A stretch of 49,743 nt of DNA, filler included, from Bipalium vagum (GCA_037834085.1; 2 parts of 2 records of this genome joined end to end with filler, not necessarily neighbours in it); one strand, 5' to 3'; counted from the first letter of the whole stretch, positions 1-12,004 are shown. Numbers and translations: made by a program. The notes: generated by a model from the sequence alone, not told the origin.

Positions 1-77
1 TTTAAAATGATATATAATATTGCGCCAAAAAATATAGTAATAATGAAGCAGTAAAACAATTTCAATTTATTAAAAAA

Positions 78-106
78 CCGCTAATAACTTTTGACTCAAC
101 TTGGTA
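78..106. mobile_element. Isolated mariner-type terminal inverted repeat remnant
   Basis: ccgctaataacttttgactcaacttggta resembles the mariner end at 31421-31446 (gcatgaacttttggctcagcctaata). No coding remnant was recognised next to it. Confidence 0.35.
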
Positions 107-885
107 TATCGTAATCAAAAGACTTGAACTTAGATGATAAAAGTCAAATACCAGAATAATGTTTTTCCCATATTATTTAATAACTTAAAAATAATAAATT
201 TAAATGGAAAAATTAAATATGAATAAAATAATGATATATAACTAAATTTTAATGTTTTTAGTGTGGGTAAATAGTTTTTTTTAGAATAAACTAATAGCCC
301 AGTTATGGAAACAATAATTAGTTTAAAGTAAAAGTAAAATGTAATGCAGTTTTATGTACCAGAAATGAGGAAGAAAATTTAATTTCACAATTGGAAAGAA
401 CTAAATTGAGTTCAGCGTTATATAGAGAAGTCCAAGAAAAAAGCAAGATGAAAAAGTTTATAAAGAAGTATATGACAAAATGAAGTGAATCAAAGACAAC
501 CAAAATTATTGAGAAGATGATATGTGACTTTTTTCAATAATGGCGGGGTCAGTGTAGTTGACATTGAAATGATTGGAGTTTAAGATCAATAAAAAAGTTA
601 CCTCAAGCAAACTAGTGTCTCGATTGCATAAAAAATTTTCTGAAGTATGCTGAAAGTAATGAATTGCAGAGACGATTAGAGACCCTGTGAGTATTAGTGG
701 GCTTCGTCTTAAGAGGGAAGTACTATATGCCACAGAGACCTCCACTCCTTCCACACCAAGGCAACTTTAATATTTGTATATGTAATTTAAATAAATAATG
801 TAGGTATTTTTGAATTATAAAATTACTTTAGTTTATCAGTAGAATTAGTATTGTAAATAAATTTTCTACTACTTGTTATGTATAA

Positions 886-1340
886 TATTAGAATAAAAAA
901 TAGTTCGATCCGTTTTTAAAAGATGGCTCTGGCTATAATAAATCTAATAATTACTGCTTAATTCAATTGGTTCGGAGAAACTAAACATACGTGAATCATT
1001 TTCAGTTCAATTAGATTAGATTTTTCTTACAAATTAACATCGTTTTACTGCATTAATTATGACAACTTTTCAAAAATTAACTTTTTCAAATAATAACAAA
1101 GCAACATTTGCGGGAAGTTCTAGTTTTTGGTTTCTTTTGTGATAAAAGTGCAACTCAAGCTTATTGAATAGTCGTTGAAGTGTATGAGAACAACGCTTCG
1201 AGTAATAACTCATGTCGGGCTTGCCAAAGTTCGACATTTCAAAAATGGTGATTTTAGTGTCGAAAACAATCCTCGTAGTGGTCTGCCAAAAAAATTGAAG
1301 ACAAAGATTTAAAAGTATTATTCGATAAAGATTACTCTAA
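886..1340 (+). mobile_element. Mariner 5' fragment (Mos1/mauritiana-like N-terminal HTH), degenerate
   Basis: Translation KQHLREVLVFGFFCDKSATQAY*IVVEVY...RHFKNGDFSVENNPRSGLPKK.EDKDLKVLFDKD matches the Mos1-type N-terminus pattern (FKSGDFDVDD..GKPPK.ED.EL.ALLDED). Contains stops and frameshifts. Confidence 0.75.
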
Positions 1341-2159
1341 CATTTTTATATCGTGCCTATTAATTACTATTATTATAATAATTATTGTTGATAATATAAG
1401 ATATATTATTAGCCAAATTTTACAGGTGATTCTTCACTTATTGTTGTGTCCTTCTCCAAACCAACACCTTAAAAACACAAAACTTATATTTGAACTCATG
1501 AAAAGTCATTAAAAGTTAAGTCCATATAAAACCACAAATCGGATCCTCTCGCGATGATCAACGATAATAAATATGAAATTCAAAAGGGTGCTAAAATTAA
1601 AACACAAGTCAGACCTGACAATCGATGATAAAAAACTTAGGTCATCTGAGTTTCCCTTAGACTATTATTGGGTGGAGTCATAAAAATAATTTTTGAACAA
1701 CAGATTCGTTTATTGGAATCTTTGAAACTCAGTATAATTTATGTATTTTCTTATAAGTCTATTAGTATTTGTGAAAAAGCCTTCATTTTCATTTATTTTA
1801 CAATGCAACAGTTGAGATGAAGAAAAATATTATTAGTTTGAAAATAAAGATTACCTTTTTTAATAAAAAAAAATTCATAAATTAAACAAAAGCCTTTTTT
1901 AAAATTATTATACAAATTTGTAAGTTACTCCTTTAATTCTATTACAGAGTATCTTACAAAGCATATTCTTTACGAAATCTTATATATACATATAATGCTA
2001 CTTTAGATTATTAAACAGAACTTTAAAAGAAGATTAAATATTTTTCATTATATATTAACGATATTTATAATTTAATTCACTTAAAATCAAAAAATAGCAG
2101 AAGCATACCTGATTATATTAATAATTATTTTATATTTAAAGAAATTATTTAAAGTTTTA

Positions 2160-2908
2160 TCTAGATTAAATAGAAAGCTATATTCTCGTCAGATACCACA
2201 TATCCTAAAAATTGATCAAAAACGAGAAAGCTATAGTCGATAATTTTAGGCTGGAAGTCTAAAAACATGTTTATGAAATGGTGAGTGGCGATGAATCATG
2301 GATATACTCATATGAACCAGAGACAAAGCAGTAGTCAACTGTGTGGGTGTTTCAAGGAGAAAAAGTAATAACGAAAGGTTGTTTGATCCCGGAACACCTC
2401 TAAATAAATGGCTGCCTGTTTCGTAGCCAAACCAAGTCATATCGCTACCATTCCTTTAGTTGATCGTCGCACAATTACTTCAAATTGGTATATCATAGTT
2501 TGCTTGCAAGAAATCCTCAAAGAATACAGAAAAAAAATTTAATACGCTTCATTATGCTTCTTTATGAAGCATAGCTCCACTTCCCATATCACCCATAAAA
2601 CAATCGATTTTTTGAGGATTCAAATGTTAAATTATTAAGCTATTCATCCCATAGTCCTGATAAGGTACCAAATGACTTCTTCACATTTAGTTTCATTAAA
2701 AAATTGCGTGGGCAGTTTTCATGTCCCAAATAGACTGTAGACATATCGATTTTGGATTGGAACAAATGTTGCAATGACTGGTTTGACAGAATGCAAAAAT
2801 GTATAGACTGTGACGGTGAATACTTCTAAAAACAATTATGTTAAATATTATCAAAAAAATATTTTGTCTGTGTGTCATTACCACACTTTTCGACTGATCC
2901 ATGTATTA
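2160..2908 (+). mobile_element. Mariner transposase remnant (catalytic half and 3' end)
   Basis: VSGDESWIYSYEPETKQ*STVWVFQGE..., HIATIPLVDRRTITSNWY, a degenerate HSPD.VPNDF motif, and C-terminal NDWFDRMQKCIDCDGEYF*. TIR-like end near 2905. Confidence 0.85.
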
Positions 2909-3049
2909 GACAAGTACTTGCATTTTAAAATATAACATAAATAGAATAATTTGTTTATAAAAAATGTTTTACAGGTAATTTATTTATAAAATTTAACAAT
3001 CCTGTTCATATTTATTCGACCTAAGGAGAAAAAAAATATTTATTTTATA

Positions 3050-3310
3050 TCATATATAACATATATAACCTCCATGATTTTTAATAACAACTACACTAAT
3101 CCTCGCCATACGATTGAGCAAATTCCATAGAATTTCTGGTGATATTGCAAGCCATTGTAATTGAAGAGTCTCCCAAAGACTCTTTGCTGAAAATAGCTGC
3201 TGTTGCATATTTTTTCTGTCCAATTCATTCAAGAGTGCTTCAATAGCGTTATGATATGGTAATCGAGAAGGTCATTCTATTACTTGGAGGATATTCTGGT
3301 GTTCTAACTC
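3050..3310 (-). mobile_element. Tc1-like transposase C-terminal fragment
   Basis: E*PSRLPYHNAIEALLNELDRK...SAKSLWETLQLQWLAISPE.L.NLLNRM.RI...VIKNHGGY matches the Tc1 WP.QSPDLNPIE..W.ELDR...VIKAKGGY C-terminus. Confidence 0.75.
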
Positions 3311-3699
3311 CTCCAACTAGGCATTCATATCTTGATAGTATATATATAATTCACCCCGAATTTATCATGGTATAATTAAAATAAAAATTAAGAGGTCTTA
3401 ATTAAATTTAACATTCTTTTTTGTAAAAAAAATTTATTCTAAAAAATCTACTAGTTTAAATATTTATTTAAAAATTATTTCAACTAAATTTGTGGGTCCT
3501 GTGTCAATAATTTGTTTGAATGGTTGTCTTCCAATTAATCACCGGAGGCTTGTGTTAACATTTGATTTTATTAAATAAATAAATAAAAGACTACTGAAAG
3601 ATTGGACATATTCAATATTTATGAGTAAAAGTTCTAGATCTGATTTTCGACTTCTCAAAATATTTATTATATGGTGTTATTATAGAAAGAATCAATCTT

Positions 3700-4045
3700 T
3701 TGTTTTCACATTTTGTATGATGATAAGACGAGTGGTTTATGTTTGAGAGCACGGTAGTAGATGACGGACTTGTGAGGCTATCGCCTAACTGTTTTTAATG
3801 AAACAGAAATATTTAGATTGACATTGAGTTCTAGTCTCACTTTGGCTCTAGGTGGTTTATCATTTTTCTCAACAGTCTTCTTCAAAGTGAATCGTTCTCT
3901 TTCATTTAGTTTACAGATATAGTCACTCTTTGACTTCACAGATATTGTATTCCATTGCGTTATATATGCAAAAATATTGGATACCACTGTACAGCTACTC
4001 ATGCACCAACAATAATATCTTTGAAAATCGGAAAGATCTTTCATT
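3700..4045 (-). mobile_element. Tc1-like transposase N-terminal (DNA-binding) fragment
   Basis: ORF 3778-4068: MKDLSDFQR...KLNERERFTLKKTVEKN....AKVRLELN..L...VSLKTVRR*.HK...KPL, a typical Tc1 HTH region. Confidence 0.75.
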
Positions 4046-4964
4046 TTACAATCTGAAATTAAGTACAAATGAATTCTTATAAACAGTGCAACATAATTAA
4101 ATTAAAGAAGACTGAATTCAACTTATCAATGTACATCAACATATGTAGATGAATGCGGAAAATTAAGATGTCATTAATAATATTATTAAGTGTTTCCATG
4201 ATTCTGTTCACCGGATGTTTTTCTCCTTGAATTTTGGAAGAATTAACAAATAATTCATGGTTATGCTTTTTGACTGAAATGGAATTTGAACCAACTCCCA
4301 CTTTTTGACAATTTTAAAAAGCCTATCCTTTGATTTGATTAAGGGTTTAAGGATTGATTTGATTTGTTACGATATTTGATATTTATGGTTGATTAAAAAT
4401 CTATGATTTGATTAGATGTTTCTGACACCAAACTGCTGTTGCTGGATGGAAACTAGGATTTTTACATGAAATTATTCATGGTTTTGGACACGGAGAATTC
4501 ATTGTTAAGATTGATCACTTTAATTAGAAGGTGATATTGAAATTATGCAAGAACTGTTATGGGTTTGGATTGTAGAGTTATTATTACTCTTTTTTGATTT
4601 ACTATTTGATAGATCATTTCACCTCGTTAATTTTCTAATTTAAATTTAATAATTAATTATTTTTATAAATAAATAATTTTCTAATTTAAATGTTCAATTT
4701 AAAAAAATATATTTAAAAAAATATAAATATTCTCCAAAAATTTTAAAAATTATTAATAAAGATATTATTACATAAATTAAGTAAGACGAGATCGAGGTTT
4801 ACCAATAATTGCATTTATTATTTATTAACTTTTGTCACCAGGATGTCAATTATATAACATTTTATTCCATTTAAATTAAGGTCAATTAAAGTTTTTATAT
4901 CTGTCACATGAAATATAACTAAACATAAAATTATAAAAATATACTTTAAAAAATTAACATACAC

Positions 4965-5152
4965 AAGATAAAATCAAGTAAAAATGAATTATGTGAAAAA
5001 TGTTCTCATTTTTATATTTAAATGTAAAAATTTGTTTTATTGATTAAATATGCTCATTCTACAAATATAAATTATACAAAAAAATAAATATCGAAGTTTC
5101 CGAATATTAGTGATAAGAAATTTTTTTGGAGAATTACAAATTATTGAAAAAG
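4965..5152 (+). pseudogene. 5' fragment (upstream flank plus first ~20 codons) of a third UBE2K-like paralog
   Basis: 5091-5152 tcgaagtttccgaatattagtgataagaaatttttttggagaattacaaattattgaaaaag aligns with 6001-6062 atgccgtttcttaatattagttctaaaagaattttaggagaattacgaattattgaaaaaaa, with the ATG lost and a 1-nt insertion. Upstream aaaatcaagtaaaaatgaattat (~4970) resembles aaaatcaaattaaagtgaattat (~5890). Similarity ends where the Gypsy integrase sequence begins. Confidence 0.7.
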
Positions 5153-5750
5153 ATAGTGTTTGGTCTTTTCATCATAGTTTGGAGCAGAAAAAGTGGCCTA
5201 TTATATGAAAGACAATTATTTAATTCCAAATCTTAACTAAAAAGTTCAGGAAATCATTAAAACACGTGGGACTTGTAAGAGATATAAGTCGTCACAACGA
5301 AGACTAAGTGGTACTGAAGTAGAAGCTTCAGAAATTTTTGAAAATATATATGTAGATATATGTGAGTCTCTAAGGGAAGCTACCGAACGAAAAAATATAT
5401 CCTTGGACTAGTAGATAAATATAGAAAATACATTTCTTTGACTGATATGGTTAGACAAGAGAGAACCCCATGCAAAAGATAATTTTGAATAATTGGATAC
5501 TGAACTTCGGAAATCCAAAAACTATAAATGTAGAGCGTGGTAAAGATTCTGACTCAAAAGACATGAAGGATTTTGAAAAGAGAGTTAATGCCAATCTCTG
5601 TTTTTCGAGCCCATACCATTACTTTAAGCTACAGACGACTAAGCCGAGATCTTTCCAGAAGTAGAAATAATCGCTACAGAAAATAATCGGAATAAGTGCA
5701 GTTGAAATTGTGTTTGGTAGAAAGATTTGATCAAATTTAATGAAATTTAT
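5153..5750 (+). mobile_element. Ty3/Gypsy integrase fragment (H2C2 zinc finger and rve core), degenerate
   Basis: ..HH..GAEKVAYYMKDNYLIPNL..KVQEIIK..GTCKRYK...EIFEKIYVDIC...YILGLVDKY.KY...WILNFGNPKTINVERGK...FSSPYH. Same type as the integrase at ~32600-33400. Confidence 0.8.
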
Positions 5751-6000
5751 GACGAATGCTCGATTGTGTAACATTTTAAATTTCGTTAAAAATTTTAAAA
5801 ATATTATAAAATTAAAATTTTGTACTTTGATAAAATTATTAAATGACAAATGAAAAATGACACAAATAATTTCTGAAAAATTACATTAAAAAATCAAATT
5901 AAAGTGAATTATTTAACATGTGTAACTGTTTCCTTAATTAAATCAATTTGTTTAATTACGTATGCAGTATTAAAATATCAATTAAAACAAAAATAGTATA

Positions 6001-6600
6001 ATGCCGTTTCTTAATATTAGTTCTAAAAGAATTTTAGGAGAATTACGAATTATTGAAAAAAAAGCCGTTCCAGGATTTTCTCTCAAACTTCAATCACCGG
6101 AAAATTTGAAAAAATTAGATGGAATATTTTTTGGGTTTCCTCAGTCCCCCTATGAAGGTGGTGAATACATAGTGGAATTTAAGATTCCTGAACAGTATCC
6201 GATAAAACCACCAAAAGCTTATTTTAAAACGAAAATCTGGCATCCAAACATCAGTTCAAAAACTGGTTGTATTTGCTTAAATATTTTGAGTTCCGATTGG
6301 GAACTTAAGTTAAATTTGTTAGATGTAATGCAGGGGATTTATTCGCTGCTCGTTTCAGCCGAGCCTGATGATCCACAAGATGCACAAGTGGCAGCTCAAT
6401 ATAAAAACCATGCTGATTTATTTGAGAAAACTGCAGCATTCTGGAATTATCAATATGCTGGAGGAAAACGACGAGATGAGTTTGATGAGTTTGAAGCGAA
6501 AATCAAAGAAATAATGGAAAGAGGATACAGTAGAGATGAGTCCATTCATGCGTTGTCTATGAAAAATTGGGATGTTACTGAAGCATTTAATATCTTGTAG
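6001..6600 (+). CDS. UBE2K: Ubiquitin-conjugating enzyme E2 K-like (E2-25K/HIP2/Ubc1 family; UBC + C-terminal UBA), paralog 1, intronless, 199 aa
   Basis: PYEGG, WHPNISSKTG.IC92L.IL, AEPDDPQDA.VA.QY, and a UBA helix ALS.KNWDV..A. Catalytic Cys is at position 92, as in human UBE2K. AATAAA at ~6634. Confidence 0.93.
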   Translation: MPFLNISSKRILGELRIIEKKAVPGFSLKLQSPENLKKLDGIFFGFPQSPYEGGEYIVEFKIPEQYPIKPPKAYFKTKIWHPNISSKTGCICLNILSSDWELKLNLLDVMQGIYSLLVSAEPDDPQDAQVAAQYKNHADLFEKTAAFWNYQYAGGKRRDEFDEFEAKIKEIMERGYSRDESIHALSMKNWDVTEAFNIL

Positions 6601-6879
6601 TGGAAATGTTTTAAATTGAATGGAAAAGTATTGAAATAAAGCACTAGTATTATTTAATTTAAATTTAAAAATATGTATAAAATTTTTGATGGCATTAGCA
6701 TCTGAACTTGAATTAGTGCTCCGATTTTAATGCGTGTTTAGAAATGTATGAGATCGAATATACAGTTTGTCGGGAAATCGAGCAACACTACTGTTATGAT
6801 GCGTTATTTCAGTGTTTACTTTTTATTCACTAAATGTGATACAAACTAGAAAAAATGCACAAACTCGAACAGATACTTA

Positions 6880-7400
6880 ATATTTTGTCTGTCTGTACTT
6901 TTTTAAACTTTAATTTCTCTTAGCCTATTGGGCATAGAAAACATCATTTTTTGCAGAAATCAGTACATAATTCACTGTTCCACATTTTAAGTATTACTGA
7001 AATAAGCTCCATTTTGTTTTTAAAAATCTTTAAATGTTATTTTTTGCTCATTATCTCTCACAGATTTTCTACGGGTTCAGATCTGAGCTATTAGGTGGCC
7101 AGAAAACTATTGGAATACTTTCATTAGGAAACCATTTTTTGACTGTTTTTGATCTATAACATGGTGCATTGTCGTCTTGAAATTTAAAATAATCTAAATT
7201 AATATCAGAAAAATAATCTCCTGTTGAATTTAATAGAGATCCTTCTAATATATTTATATAATTCAAAATTAATGGTACCCTTGCAGATTTTAAGTCTTAC
7301 TATACCTTTATTGGTTAAACAGTCCCAAAACATTACGCTATCAAAAAATTTTTCAGTTAGTGTAATACAATCTTGAATTGTCTTATCTTCTGTAATCCAG
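6880..7400 (-). mobile_element. Tc1-like DD34E transposase C-terminal half, degenerate
   Basis: SVMFWDCLTNKGIVRLKICKG...NYINILE...FKFQDDNAPCYRSKTVKKWF....IVFWPPNSSDLNP*E (ORF 7069-7266). Confidence 0.85.
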
Positions 7401-7414
7401 ATATTTGTAATATT

Positions 7415-7720
7415 TTATTGGTCTTCCTTTCCTATTAAGCACCATTTGATTGGGCAAATCTTTTGGTAAAACCAGAACGAATTTTGTACCATTCTTCTAT
7501 GAGACATGCTTTTAACATTTCTTTTTCTGGTTATCTCTCTCTTCCTGAGTTTTCTTTTCAAGTAGGCCCATAAATTCTCAATAGGATTCATGTCCACTGA
7601 TTGACCAACCCATTTCATGATCTCAATACTTATATCTTCGAGCCACTTTGTCACAATCTTCGCCGTATGTTTCGAATCCTTGTTATTCTAAAACTTTAAA
7701 TTATTTTCCATATCAAGTTG
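7415..7720 (-). mobile_element. Second Tc1-like DD34E catalytic fragment
   Basis: F*NNKDSKHTAKIVTKWLEDISIEIMKWVGQSVDMNPIENLWAYLKRKL corresponds to FQQDNDPKHTA...WP.QSPD.NPIENLW. Confidence 0.85.
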
Positions 7721-8911
7721 TTGGGGGGCTTGTATGTAAAATATTATTATATATAATAATTATAAAATAATTAACAATAGTTAAAATACATAATTTGTAT
7801 AATTTAAATAAATAAAAATAAATAATTATCATAATATTAATAAATAATATTTTTAATTGGTTAAACAGAAAGCTTTAAAATCAGTTGTCCTTAAACTGTA
7901 AAACTAATCTTCCCTAAACATAAATGTAAAGTGATGTTTCGTCTGAAAAAAAAAGTCAGCCGCAAAAAAACAAAAGGCAGTTTTTATTTTTGATTATTTC
8001 ATGACACGCTCAAATGACAACAAATAAAGAGAGAGAAAAATAAATTTTACCCACTAAGAAAATTTAGAGAACTTTGACAACTTTGCAAATAATTAATAAT
8101 TTTGTAGAAGTGCTTAATTTTCTTCTACAAAAATAAAAATGTCAAAATGAACCAAAACCCTTACAATAATAATATTTATGGAGTACAATTAGTGGAATAT
8201 TTGCCTAGCTGTCTTAGACATTTTGCTGAAGTAATATATTTTAATGCTAAGATTTATTAAGTGATAAGCACGTTCGAGCTTTCATAATCAGAAATTTATG
8301 CCTCTAATGATATTTTCCACCATGTCATTAATATATGAATTAATGGTCCTTTTAACAAACTATTCAACTAGTAATATTCTCCTTAAATATATCCTTATTA
8401 AGAAAAAGGAACAATATATATTTTTAAAAAATTAGCGACTTGATTAGAATTGAGTTCCATGTTTTTCTTTACAAATTATCATCTTTTCCAGAAAAATAAT
8501 TTTAATTTTTGCCAAATATCATTATAATCTTTGAATTTTTAACATTTTTTTATAAGGTTTATGAATTGTTTAGTTTCTTCCACAATGGACTTCGCTTAGT
8601 ACGATATTTCACGGACATCAAAAAATTATAGTACTAGCCGATATAACGTATTAATACAAGTGTACTTAATATTATTTTCGAGTCCTCTGATGCTTTCACT
8701 TTTCTTTTCCAATAATTCCATAGGAAACAACGAATTACAATTTTGTCGATATCCATTTCTTGCATAGTAATTTATATAAAATTATATATTTTTTAAAGTA
8801 ATCATAAATTAACGGATTCAGATAAACCAAGGCTACAGGTGGATATCAAATTTATTATAGATGTTACTATTATTAATATTATATCTCATTGTTAATATTA
8901 TATCTCAATAA

Positions 8912-9666
8912 TGTAAATGCGATCGTCTGCCAGTGACTCCTCAATTTACTAAAGTTGTGCTCGAAACTTGGCTAACCTCAGCTTGAATCAAACTCCTCAC
9001 AATAAAACTTTATCTAGTGAATCAAAGCAAATCACAATAAAACTTTATTATAGTTACATGTACCACCCAAAATCACAATTTAAATCAATTCCATACAAAA
9101 ACCAATGTAAATCAATTCTCTGAAAAATCGAGTCAATGTAAGCGAATTTTAGAATAAGATAGGATATTCAAAAGAAAAATATTTAAACAATACTAATCAT
9201 ACAAACAAAACTGAATATAATCAATTAAAATAAAATTAAGAAAATCAAGTAAATAATCTCACCAGAGCGAAAGGGGTCCCCGGGTCGTACACTAAGCCCT
9301 TTTCAGGTCGCCTAGGGATTCCCAAGCTCGTTTGGTCCCCTTGTGTAATCCAGTTGCAAAGCCATATTACAGGAGAAAAACAATAATTATTATTGTAATC
9401 TCATCTACAAAATTCCAAAAATCTGATTAGAATCTTCGTCTTCTTCAGAAAAATTAAATTAAACTCCGGCAAAAATCTAAAAATCTGTCTGCAAACTCTG
9501 TAAATTCTTGTCAATATTTCCTAATGGACACTGCACGAAAATAGCTGTCTCTTTATATAGTCGCAGAGATTTGGCTACGATCACCAATCCCTACGACCCG
9601 AAGCGGTTATTTAGAACAAAAGCCCATTAGATGAAATATTACTCAGACGACGGAGTTAATTTGGCA
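8912..9666 (-). mobile_element. Probable solo LTR (TG...CA) with CCAAT-like box, TATA, splice donor and poly(A) signal
   Basis: Minus strand reads TGCCAAA...gATTGG...acTATATAAAgag...GC-rich block...ctg|GTGAG...T-rich...AATAAA...tttaCA. It abuts Tc1 coding sequence at 9667. No target-site duplication was recognised. Confidence 0.45.
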
Positions 9667-10080
9667 TTTTACGGAAGACCAGCACTCTTACATCTTTCTG
9701 GCTGAAGCAGCCCAAAAATCCATGTAAATTTCGATGTTTTTGCAAGACATTCCGGTAGGAAGACTTCATTTGATCTTCAAACTCTGAGGATAGGAAACGC
9801 TTCGAATTATCAAAGCAATCATTTTTAAATATCTGCTATACCTTGGCGTCGTTTTCAATGGCCTATCACTACCTTTTGTTCTGCTTACAGTCACAGTTGT
9901 ACATTCTTTTAAAATAATCTTCCGAACAGCAATATAGGAAACAGATAACTGATATTTCTTCAACATCATCCTACTTATCTGTTTATAGGAAAACCCTAAG
10001 TCACGAAATGCACATACCTTTGAACGGTTTTCATTTGATAATTGATAGCCAAGTGTGGAATTCATTACTAAGTGTACTAA
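9667..10080 (-). mobile_element. Tc1-like transposase N-terminal fragment
   Basis: ORF 9766-10065: QLSNENRSKV.AFRDLGFSYKQIS......VS..AVRKII.K...T.TV.R.KGSDRPLKTTPR..R.L, a Tc1 HTH with a GRP-like linker. It may be the 5' half of one of the 6880-7720 fragments. Confidence 0.8.
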
Positions 10081-10829
10081 CCATTAGATAAAGATACGGT
10101 TGGTGAATTTTAAAAATATCTTACTTCAGTATTATAAAAATAAAAGATAATGTCAAATTTTTAAATTTGCAATTCTCAAACCTAAATTTAAATCATACTA
10201 AAAGATTTAAAGTATTAAATGATATCGTTTTAGCAGATATTTTTTTTTAGGTTAAATGTACCTATAAGAAAACGGATTCAGTTATTAATATTATAACATC
10301 ATCCTAAGCGAAGAATACTACACTTCATATTTTACGGCAAGCGTTTATTTTATTCTCCTTATTCTAAAAATAATTTCAGAATATCTTTCCTTTCTCTTTA
10401 CCTAAACTCCTTTTGTAATATACAAATTAAATTAATATTTTTATGCTTAAGAAATTATCTATATTATTTAAGGAAAATTTGATAATAAAATCTTATTCAA
10501 TTTTTGTTTCGTTGACCTATCGAACTTTTGATCTTCAAAAAAAAATAAAAATGATCCTTGTTAGTTAAAGAATTCTGGCTTTAAAATAATCTAATAAAAA
10601 GTTATCAGTTATAAAATATTTTGACAATTCACGAGATTATTTCCAAGTACAACAGATTTTTATAAGACCTTCCAGAAAAATTATTAATAAATATGCAATA
10701 GTCGATCTAGAAGATAAGGCATAAAGATTTATATTTTTTTCATTATTTCTTCAACTTTTTACTAACATATTTATTATTTTTTCAGTTACTTCTTTATTAA
10801 TTTTACTTCGTGAATCTATTGGTGAATCT

Positions 10830-11095
10830 ATTATCATATCTTTGCAAGATTTTTCAATTTTTCCTCTGGAACAGCAGCCACATTTTCCTAAGTAGTCATA
10901 TCTGTTTTACAATCTGAACGTGAAGTCATCAAAGGATGTTCTTCCCGCTCAAAAGGTACGGAATCAACGCCTCACTACTTGGTTCCAAAACATAATTGAT
11001 TTCATTGCCAATGTCTATCGCAGAACTTTTCTTTTTAAAGCAGTACGAAAGTAACGCTCATATTTCTTCAGAACTAAATAAAAATTCTTTTTGAC
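10830..11095 (-). mobile_element. Mariner N-terminal remnant, highly degenerate
   Basis: EEI*ALLSYCFKKK.SA..I..EIN.VL...SFDDF.RS......T*ENVAAV resembles the mariner N-terminal HTH/linker. Confidence 0.4.
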
Positions 11096-11749
11096 TTATT
11101 TTGATTTTTAATAATTATTAATAATAAATAAAATTTAGAACCTGTATTTTTAAAATTAATTTTTATTTGATTTAATTAAACAAATATTAATATAAGCAGA
11201 TGTGAGCCCTGGATGCTGAAATGCTCAAGACTTTTCAATTATATTAATATACAAATGATTCGAGTAGGATAATGTGATGCTTAATATACGTGAAACCCTA
11301 AGCCAACAAATTCAAAAAGTATTCCTTTAATTTAGTAATGGATTATTTTATTGTCATAGGTATACTTTATGAGTACCAATCTTCAAAAAGCGTTGTGAAG
11401 AGTAATTATGAATTTCTTTTAATGTCTTTGAAATTGAATTACAATAACAACAGGAGAACGAATAGAAAAATACTCAATATTATTATTATTATTGCAACTA
11501 TTTGATTAAGTAATAACCATAATTACGCAAATTAATAAAAATCTGTGCCTTGAAGCAATATAAAAATATATGGTATTTACTTATACTTTGTTCTCAAAAT
11601 ATTTATCCTAAAAATTATTTTAATTTAATAAAAATTACTTAACGATAGATTAACCACCATTACAAAAATGTTATGTATTGTTATGTATAATAAAAGATGA
11701 AATTATTAAAACAGCTATTATTTTCTTTACAACCTAATAAAATAAATAA

Positions 11750-11909
11750 AACTTCCGTTGATACGAACTCTGTCAAAATATTTCTTAAACCCGGACTAAA
11801 TTTCATGCATGAAAATTTCATCTTGAAATTATTATTAAACGCTTAATTTGGATAAGACTGTCCGAAATTTCTTGGAACTGGTACTCCTATTAACTGAGAG
11901 CTACTGTAT
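11750..11909. mobile_element. pogo/Tigger-type terminal remnant
   Basis: Ends in ...taactgagagctactg-TA (reverse complement TA-cagtagctctcagtta), a Tigger-like CAGTA terminus. The partner end was not found. Confidence 0.35.
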
Positions 11910-12004
11910 ATATTTTGCAAAATATTATAAAATTTTTTCAGTATTAGTAGAAATATTAAGTAATCAGTAAAACATTTTCTTTTATTTATAACTCAGTTTT
12001 AATG

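Noticed and set aside
300-770. Purine-rich coding-like stretch, possibly a retroelement gag/pol relic (similar cases at 8100-8850, 15000-15460, 19480-19790 and 41590-41880)
   Set aside because: Too decayed to assign by eye. A frameshift-aware search is needed.
4077-4630. Coding-like minus-strand stretch (ORF 4077-4301 and upstream)
   Set aside because: Stops in all frames and no family motif recognised.
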